Shown one piece after another: positions 37,495 through 47,748 of a DNA stretch of 64,000 bases. The stretch lies in assembly GCA_051251855.1 (NCBI GenBank), contig JBPOGI010000005.1, forward strand, positions 1 through 64,000, given 5' to 3'. How positions within the stretch are numbered: the stretch's first letter is position 1; every line of letters begins with the position of its first letter. Position numbers and translations under genes: made by a program. The notes below the pieces were generated by a model. It did no database searches, was not told the DNA's origin, and saw nothing but the letters and a program-made list of their open reading frames with translations. Origin of the DNA: Roseibacillus sp. Lineage in GTDB: Bacteria > Verrucomicrobiota > Verrucomicrobiia > Verrucomicrobiales > Akkermansiaceae.

Positions 37495-38262
37495 TTGCCA
37501 CTTTGGGAAAAGGCGTTAGCTTCCCCGCACGTGAAAAGTGCTGCCGATGGACTCGAACCTGCGGAGGTGAACCCTGCCCAGTTGCGAAAGACTGCTTTCA
37601 TTCTTGTGGGTGTGATTTTAGTGGGGGCGGTGGCTGTTACGAGCTCCTATATTGCGACGGCCAAGAAGCAGAAGGAGGATTTCCGTCCTGCCTTTGTGAA
37701 TGAATTGAAGGGGCACGTGAAGCTGCAGTTGTCGGACGGCACGGTGGTGGATACTTCCGATATCGAGGAAGATGTTTGGCTCTATTATCAGACTTCTTTC
37801 GAGGAGCGGGATAGCCATAAGGAGCGGGAGAGGGCGCTCGCTCTTTTGCCTGAAGAGGGAGTGAAGCAGGTTGTCTTCTTTGTGGATATGGATCCGAACA
37901 AAGACGAGGATCGAGCGCAAATGGCAACCTTAGAGCGTGAGCCTGGAGTGTGGAAAGTGGCAGCGAAGGCAAAGGTGTTAGAAAAATATTTGAAGGCGGG
38001 GATTCGCTTCGGAACCATTCCTCACATGAAGGATGGGAAGTTGATTTATGATAGTTCGGTTGCTCTCTTGAAACGGGATTATCCGGAAGGGAAGAATCCG
38101 AGAATTCACATCCGAGGAGAGATGTTTGATTTCAAGAAGGCTGAGGAGGAGGCGTTGAATCGTGAGAATCCTCAGGCTGCGGACGGCTATCGCAAGGACT
38201 GGTTCATGCGTGATCACATTAATTTTTTGCTGAACGAAGGCGACCCCACTGAAGAGAAATGA
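37495..38262 (+). CDS. Membrane-anchored hypothetical protein in the cytochrome oxidase assembly cluster (possibly a degenerate SCO-like fold)
   Basis: Single TM; lies between cyoE and SCO, overlapping SCO by ATGA; no Cys. Confidence 0.65.
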   Translation: MPLWEKALASPHVKSAADGLEPAEVNPAQLRKTAFILVGVILVGAVAVTSSYIATAKKQKEDFRPAFVNELKGHVKLQLSDGTVVDTSDIEEDVWLYYQTSFEERDSHKERERALALLPEEGVKQVVFFVDMDPNKDEDRAQMATLEREPGVWKVAAKAKVLEKYLKAGIRFGTIPHMKDGKLIYDSSVALLKRDYPEGKNPRIHIRGEMFDFKKAEEEALNRENPQAADGYRKDWFMRDHINFLLNEGDPTEEK

Positions 38263-38963
38263 ACGACAAAACAAAAATCATTCTGATGTATGCCAGCACG
38301 GTAGTGTTAGCCGTGCTGTTGGTAGGAACCTTTACTTGGTTACGCAAAGCTCAGGAGGCGAAGGAGCGGAAAGCGATTGGGCAGCGGATTGCGACTAATG
38401 TGGGTCGGGAGGAGAAGAAGGAAATGATTCGCTTGGAGAAGGATCTAGTTGCGATCAATCAGGCGGGCGAAGAAGTGAGCCTCTTCGAGTTGAAGGATAA
38501 GGTCTGGATTGTAGCGGAGTTTTTTGCGGAGTGCCCCAATTGTGCAGCACGCAACGGGGACCACCTCGTGAAGCTCTATCAGGCCTATAAAGACAATCCT
38601 GATTTTTATGTCGTTTGTGTTTCGGTGGATCCCGAGTTCGATGACGTGGAGCGCTTGCAGCAGTATGCCACGAATCTAAATGCAGATATTTCGAACTGGT
38701 GGTTCCTAACAGGCCCTCGGGAAAGGCTTCACAGTTACATGGAGGACGAGATGAAGTTCTTGGCGATACGCGAGCGCACCAATGAAGCTGACATCGAGCG
38801 GGAAGGACGTTGGGCTCACGATATGGGGGTGGCGGTCTTTGGAAAAGGGCTAGTGATGAAGGAGAAGAAGGATTTGTTTTTCGCGCGGGAGCAGAGTCAG
38901 GACATGTATGACCACTTTGAAGAGCTCTTGACTTCTGCAATTGAAAAAGCGCTGGCTGAATAG
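38259..38963 (+). CDS. SCO family copper chaperone
   Basis: NQAGEEV...FFAECPNC...SVDPEFD...WWFLTG...WAH. Confidence 0.85.
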   Translation: MNDKTKIILMYASTVVLAVLLVGTFTWLRKAQEAKERKAIGQRIATNVGREEKKEMIRLEKDLVAINQAGEEVSLFELKDKVWIVAEFFAECPNCAARNGDHLVKLYQAYKDNPDFYVVCVSVDPEFDDVERLQQYATNLNADISNWWFLTGPRERLHSYMEDEMKFLAIRERTNEADIEREGRWAHDMGVAVFGKGLVMKEKKDLFFAREQSQDMYDHFEELLTSAIEKALAE

Positions 38964-38971
38964 ATAAGACA

Positions 38972-39535
38972 ATGAGCGAGCGGATGCGATATCTTGGGAA
39001 GCCGTCCAACGACGTCTTGGCCCAGAAGTTAATGAAGGTGGTGTGGGTGCTGACGGTGGTGGTGCTGGGTCTGGTCGTGGCGATGCGTCGGATTAAGTTG
39101 CCGCTACCAGAAGGGGTGGATTTGAGTTTTTTGCCTGCATTGAATGCGGGGCTGAATACGGGAGTGGCGCTGCTGTTGATTGCTGGTTTGGTGGCAGTGC
39201 TCAAAGGGCGCATCACGCTTCATCGGATTTTGATGACTCTGGCAGTCGCCTTTTCGGTGGCTTTCTTGCTGTGCTACGTGGCCTACCACATCACGACGGG
39301 GGAGACGAGTTATGGGGGCGAAGGTTGGGCGAAGACCGTCTACTACATCGTGCTCGCGACACACGTTATTTTGGCTGCAGTGAGCTTTCCTTTCATCCTG
39401 ATGACGTTGGTCTATGCGTGGACGAATCAATTTGGGAGGCACAAGCGGTTGTCGCGTCGCATCTATCCGGTGTGGCTTTATGTTGCAGTGACGGGCCCTG
39501 TCGTCTATTGGATGCTCCAACCCTATTACTCATAA
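38972..39535 (+). CDS. DUF420 family membrane protein
   Basis: LPALNAGLN, FLLCYVAYH, HVILA, WLYVAVTG. Confidence 0.9.
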   Translation: MSERMRYLGKPSNDVLAQKLMKVVWVLTVVVLGLVVAMRRIKLPLPEGVDLSFLPALNAGLNTGVALLLIAGLVAVLKGRITLHRILMTLAVAFSVAFLLCYVAYHITTGETSYGGEGWAKTVYYIVLATHVILAAVSFPFILMTLVYAWTNQFGRHKRLSRRIYPVWLYVAVTGPVVYWMLQPYYS

Positions 39536-40825
39536 ATGAAGGTCGTTGAACACTCTTCCGAAGGCTATGAGGCCTTTTTGAAAACCTTGGACCGCCGGGC
39601 GATTCCCTCGGATCGGGTGCGTGCGATTGTGACGGGCATCATTGATGATGTGCGTGAACGAGGAGATGAGGCTTTGGTCGAGCTGACGAAGAAGTTCGAT
39701 GGCGCGGACTTGAGCAATGGTCTCTTGGTGACTGAGGTCGAGTGGTCGGAAGCGGAAGCGGCCGTCACGCAGGAAACGCGGGAAGCGATTGCCGCGAGCT
39801 TGCGAAACATTTCGTTTTTTGCGGAAAAAAGTCAGCGGCAAGATTGGTCGGCGCGCAATGAGCAAGGTGCGGAAGTGGGCGAGCGGTTTGTTCCCTTTGA
39901 GCGGGTGGGCTGTTATGTCCCAGGTGGAAAAGCGCCTCTGGTTTCAACGGCTTTGATGACGGCGGGTTTTGCGCAAGCGGCAGGGGTGCCAGAAATTGTG
40001 GCGGCCACTCCTTGTGGTCCGGATGGTAAGGTGAATGCGGCTTTGCTGTATGCGCTGAGAGCGGCGGGAGTCACGGAAGTAATTAAGGTAGGTGGGGCGC
40101 AAGGGGTCGCAGCTCTGGGATTGGGCACGGGTTCGATGGCTCCGGTGCAGAAGATTGTGGGGCCAGGAAACGATTTTGTAGTAGAGGCGAAGCGCCAGTT
40201 GATCGGTGCTATCTCCATCGACCTTTTACCGGGGCCGAGCGAGATTATGATCTTGGCCGATGAAAGTGCGAACTCGGCTTTTGTAGCAGCTGATCTTTTG
40301 GGGCAAGCCGAGCACGGGCCCGATAGCGTGGTGGGCTTGGTGACGACATCTCGTGATTTGTTGCAGAAGGTTCTAGAGGAAGTCGAAAAACAGGCAGCGA
40401 CTTTGAGTCGGGGAGATTATCTTCAGGAGGTTCTTTCGGAGGGGGCATTTGCGGTTGTGGTGGAGTCTTTAGATGAGGGAATTGCGGTGGTGAATGCTTT
40501 CGCGCCGGAGCACCTCTCATTGGTGGTAGTCGATGAGGAGGCGTGGCTGCCGAAGGTTTTAACGGCTTCGGCGATCTATGTAGGGTCTTATTCTCCGGTA
40601 GCGGTAGGGGACTTTTTGGCAGGACCGAGCCACACCCTTCCAACGGGTGGTAGCGGTAAAAGTTTCTCGGGTTTGCGGGCGGATCAGTTTCAGCGTCGTG
40701 TCAGTGTGGTGCGCTTGGATAAAGACGCGGTGGCTAAGTCAGTGGAGGCGGTGGAAGAGTTTTCGCGGGTCGAAGGACTGGATGCTCACGGTCGCTCGGC
40801 ACGAATCCGTGTCAGTGAGCACTAA
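39536..40825 (+). CDS. hisD: Histidinol dehydrogenase
   Basis: YVPGGKA, GGAQ, GPGN, GPSE, QAEH, APEHL, GPSHTLPT. Confidence 0.96.
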   Translation: MKVVEHSSEGYEAFLKTLDRRAIPSDRVRAIVTGIIDDVRERGDEALVELTKKFDGADLSNGLLVTEVEWSEAEAAVTQETREAIAASLRNISFFAEKSQRQDWSARNEQGAEVGERFVPFERVGCYVPGGKAPLVSTALMTAGFAQAAGVPEIVAATPCGPDGKVNAALLYALRAAGVTEVIKVGGAQGVAALGLGTGSMAPVQKIVGPGNDFVVEAKRQLIGAISIDLLPGPSEIMILADESANSAFVAADLLGQAEHGPDSVVGLVTTSRDLLQKVLEEVEKQAATLSRGDYLQEVLSEGAFAVVVESLDEGIAVVNAFAPEHLSLVVVDEEAWLPKVLTASAIYVGSYSPVAVGDFLAGPSHTLPTGGSGKSFSGLRADQFQRRVSVVRLDKDAVAKSVEAVEEFSRVEGLDAHGRSARIRVSEH

Positions 40826-40867
40826 AGAAGGTTTTCCCTTTCGCCGAGGTAGCGCAGTATTCACCCA

Positions 40868-41476
40868 GTGAAGAAAGGAAAGGGTGAGCGCAAAAAAGTC
40901 TACGCAGCGAAGCGGTTCGCGCGCGGGGCGATGGTGTGCCCATCCTGCCAGTATGTTTTAGAGGAGTCCTCAGAGAAGTGTGGCAAGTGCGGCTTCTCGG
41001 GACAGGTTGCGGTTGAAAAGTTCCCCTTTCCAGCTCCGCCTTTGGCGCCTGTAGTCGATCCGAGTAATTTTCTTTCTGGTGCGGAGAAGAGTTCAATCTC
41101 CAAGAAGGTGGCTAAGTTGCAAAAGCGTCTCCCGCAGGTTCGCTTTCTCAATTGTCTGGTGGCCTTGGGAGACGAGGTTAATTTGCGCGAATTCGGTTTT
41201 TGGCTTTTGAATGCAGGTCAGATGAAGGAGGGCGAGGGTGCGAAGAATTTTGCTGTTTTATTCCTGATCGACCCCAAGGAACGAGCGATGTCGGTGACGG
41301 TGGGTTACGGTTTGGATCCGCTCGTAATGGATACCGAATGGGTGCCTATTTGCGAGGGAAGTCGCGATCTTCTCTATCGGCAAAAATATGGAGAAGGAAT
41401 TGAGTTGTTCCTCAACGGTGCTTTTGACCTCCTTGCGGAACGAGCGTTGGCCCTACAGAAGGAGGTGAAAAAGTGA
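40868..41476 (+). CDS. Zinc-ribbon + TPM domain protein
   Basis: CPSC...CGKC; LFLIDP...VTVGYGL TPM motif. Confidence 0.75.
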   Translation: MKKGKGERKKVYAAKRFARGAMVCPSCQYVLEESSEKCGKCGFSGQVAVEKFPFPAPPLAPVVDPSNFLSGAEKSSISKKVAKLQKRLPQVRFLNCLVALGDEVNLREFGFWLLNAGQMKEGEGAKNFAVLFLIDPKERAMSVTVGYGLDPLVMDTEWVPICEGSRDLLYRQKYGEGIELFLNGAFDLLAERALALQKEVKK

Positions 41477-42216
41477 AAGCCCTCCGTATTATTCTAGGGC
41501 TTTTGTTTGTGTGGTTTTTGGTGGCTTCCTCGGCGGCGCTCGATCTGAAGACGCCGCCACCAAACGGGATTTATGATCCCAGTAATTTTCTGGGCGAGGA
41601 TTTCATCCAAGATGTAGCCTATCAGATTAGCTATGAAGAGCAGCACCGACAATTTGAGATTTTTCTGATTATTTTTGAGGAAGAGCCTTCTCAAGGGGCT
41701 TCTATTCTAGCGAAGCAAGCAGGCGAAAGCTGGTCTAAGGGAGAATGGTGGGCGGTAATTTACCAAGTGGGGGCCGAAGGGGAACCCGACTGTCTCGCCG
41801 GGGGTAAGTTGGTGAAGCAATTACCAGCTGATACGATTGATCGGACGGTGAAGGCTGCCCGCAATACCGCTCTATTGGTGAGGGCTCCCAAGCGCCGTTT
41901 GGAAGAGATGGTCACTAACCTCGCGGATGGTTTTGGCTTTCTCTATGTCAAAGCCAAGCAAAACTACGAAACGGCAGTAGAAGAATTTGATAAGCGACAG
42001 GAAGCGAAGCGCAAAAAGAAGGAAACGAGAATGGTATACCTGTCCTTGGCACTCGTATTTTTGTTAGCGCTTGCCGCAGTAGGTTTTTCGTTTTGGAAGA
42101 AGCATCTTCGTAAAATGAAGCCGATGGAATTTCCCCAAACGTCACCTCGTCGTCGCCTCGCTGCACCTTTTAGTGGAGGTGGGGATGTGCTGGTGAACTA
42201 TGGGAGAAAGCATTAG
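41473..42216 (+). CDS. TPM-like domain membrane protein
   Basis: Signal peptide, IYDPSNFL, C-terminal TM, RRLAAPFSGG tail; GTGA overlap with the previous gene. Confidence 0.65.
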   Translation: MKALRIILGLLFVWFLVASSAALDLKTPPPNGIYDPSNFLGEDFIQDVAYQISYEEQHRQFEIFLIIFEEEPSQGASILAKQAGESWSKGEWWAVIYQVGAEGEPDCLAGGKLVKQLPADTIDRTVKAARNTALLVRAPKRRLEEMVTNLADGFGFLYVKAKQNYETAVEEFDKRQEAKRKKKETRMVYLSLALVFLLALAAVGFSFWKKHLRKMKPMEFPQTSPRRRLAAPFSGGGDVLVNYGRKH

Positions 42217-42241
42217 CCTTTTCCCGTTACCCCCCATTGAT

Positions 42242-42967
42242 ATGAAGACTGCTTTCCACATGTCGTTGCTGCTGACGGCCCTATTTTTTGCGGCTTGCCG
42301 TGAGAAGACCGAATCACCTAAAGAGTCTTCCATCGACCAAGTGCGCTTTACTCCGCAAGAAGGGGAGAAGTGGGTCTATAAGGTGGAGATTAGCCTCGAT
42401 CCAACCGCGCGAGTCCCTTCGGGGGTGATTGATGCAGGCCCTGAGGGGAGTGAATCTACTTATCAAAAGGAGAGAGTTTATCTAGGGCAGCGGCCTGTAA
42501 AAGAGGGCAGCAAGGAGATGGCCCATTGCTTCGAAATCTCGAAAAATGGTCGGAAGCAGGAACAAGAATTCAGTCTCATTAACGGGGAGGGGATTCTGTC
42601 GCGCGCGTGGCAGGAGGCGGGAAAGGAGCGCATCATTATGGATCCCATTTTGTTGGTGCCAGCGAAGAAGGTTCCTGGAGCGGTGTGGGATGCTAGCTTA
42701 CCAAACCCTAATGATCCGGGAGGGCCCCCGATGTTCTATCGACGGTTTCACTACTACGGAATCGAGGAGATACAGGTGATGGGGCAACCTCGCCGAGCGC
42801 ACCGAGTGAAGGTCCTCGGGAAGACGGGGCCTCTTCAGCTCCAACGTGACTTTTGGTTTGTCGATCAACTGGGATTCGTGAAAGAGCGAAAGGCTTATTA
42901 CTCGGAAGAGAGTCGATTGGCTCTTGTGGAGGAGTCTCTCGTGGAGCATGTGAGGCCAGAGAAGTAA
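42242..42967 (+). CDS. Hypothetical lipoprotein
   Basis: Lipobox FAAC; beta-rich body (WVYKV...WFVDQLGFVKE). Confidence 0.7.
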   Translation: MKTAFHMSLLLTALFFAACREKTESPKESSIDQVRFTPQEGEKWVYKVEISLDPTARVPSGVIDAGPEGSESTYQKERVYLGQRPVKEGSKEMAHCFEISKNGRKQEQEFSLINGEGILSRAWQEAGKERIIMDPILLVPAKKVPGAVWDASLPNPNDPGGPPMFYRRFHYYGIEEIQVMGQPRRAHRVKVLGKTGPLQLQRDFWFVDQLGFVKERKAYYSEESRLALVEESLVEHVRPEK

Positions 42968-42979
42968 GGGTGCGAACCA

Positions 42980-43921
42980 TTAGGCCAAGTCTCGGGCCTT
43001 TGTCTCCAAGGCTTGGAAAAAGTCTTTTCCGAGGGGGGGGAGATCGAGAGCATCAATAGCAGCATCGTAGTCTGCGAGATTCTTTGCGCCGAGACAGATG
43101 CTATCGTGGGCAGGATGATCGAGCACCCAGCGGATCGCTGCTTGTGCCATGGTGTAGCCCTCGGGCAAATCTTCAGCTAAGGAAGCATAGTGAGAAAGGT
43201 CCTTGCCGGCTAGGTGCTGGCTACGATTGTCATTGGAATCCCACTGGGGCTGTTGGGCAAAATACTTTCCGCTCAAGCGGCCTTGCGAGAGGACTCCGCG
43301 AACTTGAGTCCCGATATCATGGTGTTGGCAGAAGGCGGTGAGTTCGCTCGCAGGTTCGAGGAGGCTGCTTGGAAATTGCAGGACGTCTAGCAGGTCCTCT
43401 TGATGAAGAGCTTTCGTCATTTCGAGGCACCCAGTCGAAATACCAAAAAAGCGAATCTTTCCAGCTTGGCGCGCCCCCTCGAGAATTTCGCGAGCCTCGG
43501 CGAGGTCATCGATATCGGGGGCGCAGTGGTAGAGGTAGATGTCGATGTGGTCCGTTTGTAGACGGTCGAGGGATCCCTCAAGACTCGCTAGGATGGTGGG
43601 TGGGCTGGAGTCATCAATTCGGGTGACTCCAGGCCCGACGCGGTAGCCGAATTTGGTAGAAATGATCCATTGACCACGTTGACCCTTGAGGGCTTCCCCT
43701 GTGCGACGTTCCGCTTCTCCTGCGCCATATTGCTCAGCGGTATCGATAAAGTTGAGACCACGATCACCCAACTCTTGAATCATGCGGATGGAGTTTTCTT
43801 TGCCAGGGTCGGGATGCCCGTCGGGTTTATCGTCAAAGTTCACCGGGCCGGCCAGTTGCCACGTCCCCACGCAAAGGGGAGAGACTTGCAGGCCCGTTTT
43901 TCCTAAGGTTCTTGATTTCAT
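42980..43921 (-). CDS. Aldo/keto reductase
   Basis: RTLGKTGLQVS, IDTAEQYG, STKFG, SLDRLQTDHIDIYLYH. Confidence 0.92.
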   Translation of the reverse strand: MKSRTLGKTGLQVSPLCVGTWQLAGPVNFDDKPDGHPDPGKENSIRMIQELGDRGLNFIDTAEQYGAGEAERRTGEALKGQRGQWIISTKFGYRVGPGVTRIDDSSPPTILASLEGSLDRLQTDHIDIYLYHCAPDIDDLAEAREILEGARQAGKIRFFGISTGCLEMTKALHQEDLLDVLQFPSSLLEPASELTAFCQHHDIGTQVRGVLSQGRLSGKYFAQQPQWDSNDNRSQHLAGKDLSHYASLAEDLPEGYTMAQAAIRWVLDHPAHDSICLGAKNLADYDAAIDALDLPPLGKDFFQALETKARDLA

Positions 43922-43973
43922 TGTGGGAGAAGAGTGGCAGGAGAATGGGCTTGGGGAAATAGGGAAAGCGAGC

Positions 43974-44387
43974 TTAGGAAGGTTCCACGTTTTTCTTGAG
44001 GCTGAACCTGCCGAGGATGGTGTAGAGGGCGCAGGGGAGGCCAAAGACGAGAAAGAACATCAGCGCCTCGGCGAGGTCGTTGCTTGAACTCGTTAATGGA
44101 TCGGGGGTGGAGAAGGCTTGTTTGAAAAGGATGTAACCGGTGGTGTAGGCAACGACACCAGTGACGATTCTGATCACGTGGGGCACGCCCCAAAGAGAGA
44201 GGAGGCTAGCGAGTAGAACCGTCTCAAGAAGTGCGGTCCTAGTAAGGTCCATGCCGTCGTTGGAAGGATTGGGATAGGTGCAAGTAGAGGCGAAAAAAAG
44301 CATGAACAAAACCAAAAAGGGAGAGAGCGTCCAGCGAGCAAAGCGACTGGGACCCTTTTCGAAAACGGCTTGGATGGCCCTCATCAT
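43974..44387 (-). CDS. Hypothetical membrane protein
   Basis: Hydrophobic 137-aa ORF, ATGA-coupled to tsaB. Confidence 0.6.
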   Translation of the reverse strand: MMRAIQAVFEKGPSRFARWTLSPFLVLFMLFFASTCTYPNPSNDGMDLTRTALLETVLLASLLSLWGVPHVIRIVTGVVAYTTGYILFKQAFSTPDPLTSSSNDLAEALMFFLVFGLPCALYTILGRFSLKKNVEPS

Positions 44388-45052
44388 CGTTCGAGAAGCG
44401 ATTTGCGTTTGCCGATAGTGATGTGGGGATCGCGAAGGTAGAAGGGTTCTGCAGGAGTTGCTGTGAGAGTCGCTCTTTCTGAGGAAGGCCTTTCGGCAAA
44501 AGACTTCGCTAGTTTTCCAGCCTGCGATTGCCGAAATTGAATTACGGCCTGAAGTTCGTTGCTGATCGGAAAGCGCTCAGGAGGGTCGAAGGAGAAGACT
44601 TCGGTGCCTTCTTGAGCGCATTCGTGAATCCGAGTCGAAAGCTCTTCCGATTCCACGAGTGAAAATTCACCTTCGATACGTCCTCGGACTACTTTCTGTA
44701 GGGAGAAGCTCTTCCGTCTCGCATCGCCGATGGCTAGCGCATTCTCGGTGGCGGGGGTCACTCCTTCGAATGAACAAAGAGGAGCTACTCCGCAGTTGTG
44801 GACCATGGCGATCCCTTGGGCGGCGGCGATGCCGATTCGCGAGCCATTGTAGCTCCCCGGGCCAATGCCCACGATGATGGCGTCTAGGTTTTTGACCTCG
44901 CCCATCACCTCTTCTAACGCGGGCCAGAGAGTGGCTGAGGGCTTTCGACCGGCGAGAAATGTGCGCTCCAGCACGATGCCGCCCTCTTGCCACAGAGCCA
45001 CCGAACCGTTAGCGACACTGGTCTCGATGGCGAGGAAGGAGTCGTTACTCAT
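44384..45052 (-). CDS. tsaB: tRNA threonylcarbamoyladenosine biosynthesis protein TsaB
   Basis: LAIETS, VGIGPGSY.GSRIG, DARR, EPFYLR. Confidence 0.9.
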   Translation of the reverse strand: MSNDSFLAIETSVANGSVALWQEGGIVLERTFLAGRKPSATLWPALEEVMGEVKNLDAIIVGIGPGSYNGSRIGIAAAQGIAMVHNCGVAPLCSFEGVTPATENALAIGDARRKSFSLQKVVRGRIEGEFSLVESEELSTRIHECAQEGTEVFSFDPPERFPISNELQAVIQFRQSQAGKLAKSFAERPSSERATLTATPAEPFYLRDPHITIGKRKSLLER

Positions 45053-45154
45053 GGGAGGGAAATAGAAGAGAGTGAAAGGAAAGAAAAGAAGAGCTTGAAA
45101 GTCTCGCCAGACTTCGGCATTTTTCTGCCGCACCGTGAGTGACACGGAGCTTAT

Positions 45155-45230
45155 GCAGGCTTAGCTCAGTTGGTAGAGCAACTGGTTTACACCCAGTAGG
45201 TCGGCGGTTCAAGCCCGTCAGCCTGCACCA
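45155..45230 (+). tRNA. tRNA-Val (TAC)
   Basis: 76-nt cloverleaf: GCAGGCT acceptor, AGCTCAGTTGGTAGAGC D-arm, ACTGG-TTTACAC-CCAGT anticodon arm, GGTTCAAG T-loop, encoded CCA. Confidence 0.96.
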
Positions 45231-45354
45231 TTTTTCCTTTTGCGCCAGTGTCGCAGGGGAGCGGGAGTCTGATTTTACAGCTCCTTCTTGCGTGGAATAT
45301 CAGAGAACTCCTGTGATTGGAGCTAGAGCTGATCGTTTTTAGGGGCGACTTGCA

Positions 45355-46425
45355 CTACAGTAGCTCGTCGGGAAGGAAGGCGGAGAGCTTTTTGATGGCG
45401 TCGGCTTGGTGGCGATTGGCCACTAGGAGGGCATCGCCGGTTTGCACTACGATGAGGTCGTCGACGCCGAGAAGGGCGATTTTGATGCCCTTTTGGTCGT
45501 TGAAGACGATGTTGTTCTCAGAGTCGATGAGGGCGAGTTCGCTATTGGTAGCATTGTTGTCACCCTGTTGGGTGAGGTATTTAGCGACTGAGATCCACGA
45601 GCCGACATCGTCCCAATCGAAGTTGGCTTCAATATTGAGCACGCGCTCGGCGTTTTCCATGAGGGCGTAGTCGATGGAGATGGGGGTGAGTTCGGGAAAT
45701 TGAGCAGCGACGGTGGCTTGAATATCGCTCGATTTGCAGAGCTCTTGCACAAAGTGGCGCAATTCGGGTGCGTGCTTTTCGAGCTGAGCGAGGACGGTGG
45801 GAACGGACCAGATGAACATGCCGGCGTTCCAAGCGAAGTTGCCGGCGGCGAGGAATTTTTCAGCGAGGTCGGGTGCGGGCTTTTCTCGGAAGCAGGTGAC
45901 TTCGTAGGGAGTGTTCTCGACATTGCAGCCGGTGACGGTGGCCTTTCCACCTCGCTCGATATAGCCATAGCTGGGGCAGGCCCAAGTCGGCTTGATGCCT
46001 ACGGTGACGAGGGCATCGGTATTGGCAGCGACCTCGACAGCATCGCGCATCACTTGCTGATAGGCGCCGGTGTCTTGGATGAGTTGATCGGCAGGGAGTA
46101 CCATCATAGTGGCCTCAGGGTCGCGGGCGGCGATGAGGCCAATACCGAGGGCAACGGCTGGGGCGGTATCGCGCTTGGCGGGCTCGGCAAAGATGTTCTC
46201 CGCAGGGAGCATGGAGGCCACTTCACGGGTTTTGTCCTCTTGGATGGCATTGGTGAGAATAAAGATGTTTTCGTGGGGGACGAGGCCTTCGAGGCGAGAG
46301 ATGGTTTGCTCGAGCAGGGTGCCGTCGCCGAAGAGATCAAGGAGCTGCTTGGGCTGGCTATTACGGGAAAGGGGCCAAAATCGGGTTCCGGAGCCGCCGG
46401 CGAGGATGAGAGCATAGTTCGACAT
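45355..46425 (-). CDS. manC: Mannose-1-phosphate guanylyltransferase
   Basis: LAGGSGTRFWPLSR...PKQ, EPAKRDTAPA, YGYI, FREKP, SIDYALME, WDDVGSW. Confidence 0.92.
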   Translation of the reverse strand: MSNYALILAGGSGTRFWPLSRNSQPKQLLDLFGDGTLLEQTISRLEGLVPHENIFILTNAIQEDKTREVASMLPAENIFAEPAKRDTAPAVALGIGLIAARDPEATMMVLPADQLIQDTGAYQQVMRDAVEVAANTDALVTVGIKPTWACPSYGYIERGGKATVTGCNVENTPYEVTCFREKPAPDLAEKFLAAGNFAWNAGMFIWSVPTVLAQLEKHAPELRHFVQELCKSSDIQATVAAQFPELTPISIDYALMENAERVLNIEANFDWDDVGSWISVAKYLTQQGDNNATNSELALIDSENNIVFNDQKGIKIALLGVDDLIVVQTGDALLVANRHQADAIKKLSAFLPDELL

Positions 46426-46522
46426 GCGGCGGATACTACAGGAATCCTAAGGATTTTGAAGGCTGAATGTCAGGAGTTATTTTTGAGATTTTGCGAAGCT
46501 CTTTTTTGAAGTAGAGTGCGGG

Positions 46523-46843
46523 ATGGCTATCGAAGAGCAAAGAAAAGTGGTGAGTCCTTGGGCAGAGACAACGGCGGACGTGGGTTCTGCCGTGTTGGGT
46601 GCTGCAGTGGGAATCGTAGTTGGAGATTTGATTAAGGAAGAGGCGCGCAAGCCTGTAGCCTTTGTCGTGGCCTGTTTGGGCATCGCGGCGATTGTACCTG
46701 CAGTCGTTGATGGTGTGAGAGAAGTGGTTGCGGGACCCAATACCCGCCGGGGCGTGAAGCGGACCTTACGCTCTATTCGTGATGCGGGAGTGAGCACGCG
46801 CCAAGGCGACTTGGTGGCGGAAGACGAGATGTTTGTGGGTTAG
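46523..46843 (+). CDS. Hypothetical small membrane protein
   Basis: Two hydrophobic helices; co-oriented upstream of rfbA. Confidence 0.6.
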   Translation: MAIEEQRKVVSPWAETTADVGSAVLGAAVGIVVGDLIKEEARKPVAFVVACLGIAAIVPAVVDGVREVVAGPNTRRGVKRTLRSIRDAGVSTRQGDLVAEDEMFVG

Positions 46844-46856
46844 ATTTGCGGACGCC

Positions 46857-47735
46857 ATGATTCGCAAAGGCGTCATTCTGGCAGGGGGGAAGGGAACGCG
46901 TCTCGATCCACTGACGCGGGCGATCTCGAAACAGCTGCTACCGGTCTATGATAAGCCGATGGTTTGTTATCCGCTTTCTTTGCTGATGCGGTGCGGCATC
47001 CGGGAGGTGCTTGTGGTGACGAGTGAGGAGTGGGTGTCCAGCTACCGTCGGGTGTTGGGCGATGGTTCACAGTGGGGGATGCAGATCGATTTTGCGGAGC
47101 AAGAGGAGGCAGTGGGTGTGCCGGATGGTTTGGTGGTGGCGGAGGATTGGCTGGCGGGAGAGGGTTGTTGCTTTATCCTGGGGGATAATTTATTTTTCGG
47201 GAATTTGGATCCGATTCGGAAGGCGATGATGTTACAGGCAGGTGGATGTATTTTTGCGATTCCGGCTCGTGAACCTGAACGGTTCGGGATCGTTGAACTG
47301 GGCGAACAGGGTAAGGTCCTGTCTTTGGAAGAAAAGCCCGAGAAGCCGCGCAGTGATTTGGCGATTCCAGGAATTTACTTTTTTGATGGCTCAGTCGTTG
47401 AGCGAGCGAGGAATCTGGATGTGTCCCCTCGGGGAGAGACGGAGATTTGTGATTTGATGGAGAGCTACCGTAAGGATGGGGAGCTGAATTGTCGGCGTCT
47501 CGGTCGTGGTTTCGTTTGGTTAGACGCGGGTACCACTGAGGCGCTGTTAGAAGCAGGAAATTTGGTGGCGACTCTGGAAAAGAGAATGGGCTTTGAGGTG
47601 GCGTGTCTGGAGGAGATTGCTTGGCGAGAAAACTGGATCAGCGACGAGCAGTTGCGTGAGGTTGCAAACGCGCAGGTTAATCCTCAGCGGAGACGTTACT
47701 TGAAGAGTATTCTGCAAAAGACTTCGTCTCACTAG
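46857..47735 (+). CDS. rfbA: Glucose-1-phosphate thymidylyltransferase
   Basis: GVILAGGKGTRL, SKQLLPVYDKPM, LGDN, EEKP, SPRGETEI, WLDAGT. Confidence 0.92.
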   Translation: MIRKGVILAGGKGTRLDPLTRAISKQLLPVYDKPMVCYPLSLLMRCGIREVLVVTSEEWVSSYRRVLGDGSQWGMQIDFAEQEEAVGVPDGLVVAEDWLAGEGCCFILGDNLFFGNLDPIRKAMMLQAGGCIFAIPAREPERFGIVELGEQGKVLSLEEKPEKPRSDLAIPGIYFFDGSVVERARNLDVSPRGETEICDLMESYRKDGELNCRRLGRGFVWLDAGTTEALLEAGNLVATLEKRMGFEVACLEEIAWRENWISDEQLREVANAQVNPQRRRYLKSILQKTSSH

Positions 47736-47748
47736 GCTCTCTCAAGGG

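Noticed and set aside
45155..45355. tRNA-Val as a possible integration site
   Set aside because: No integrase nearby and I saw no duplicated tRNA 3' end; flanked by housekeeping genes
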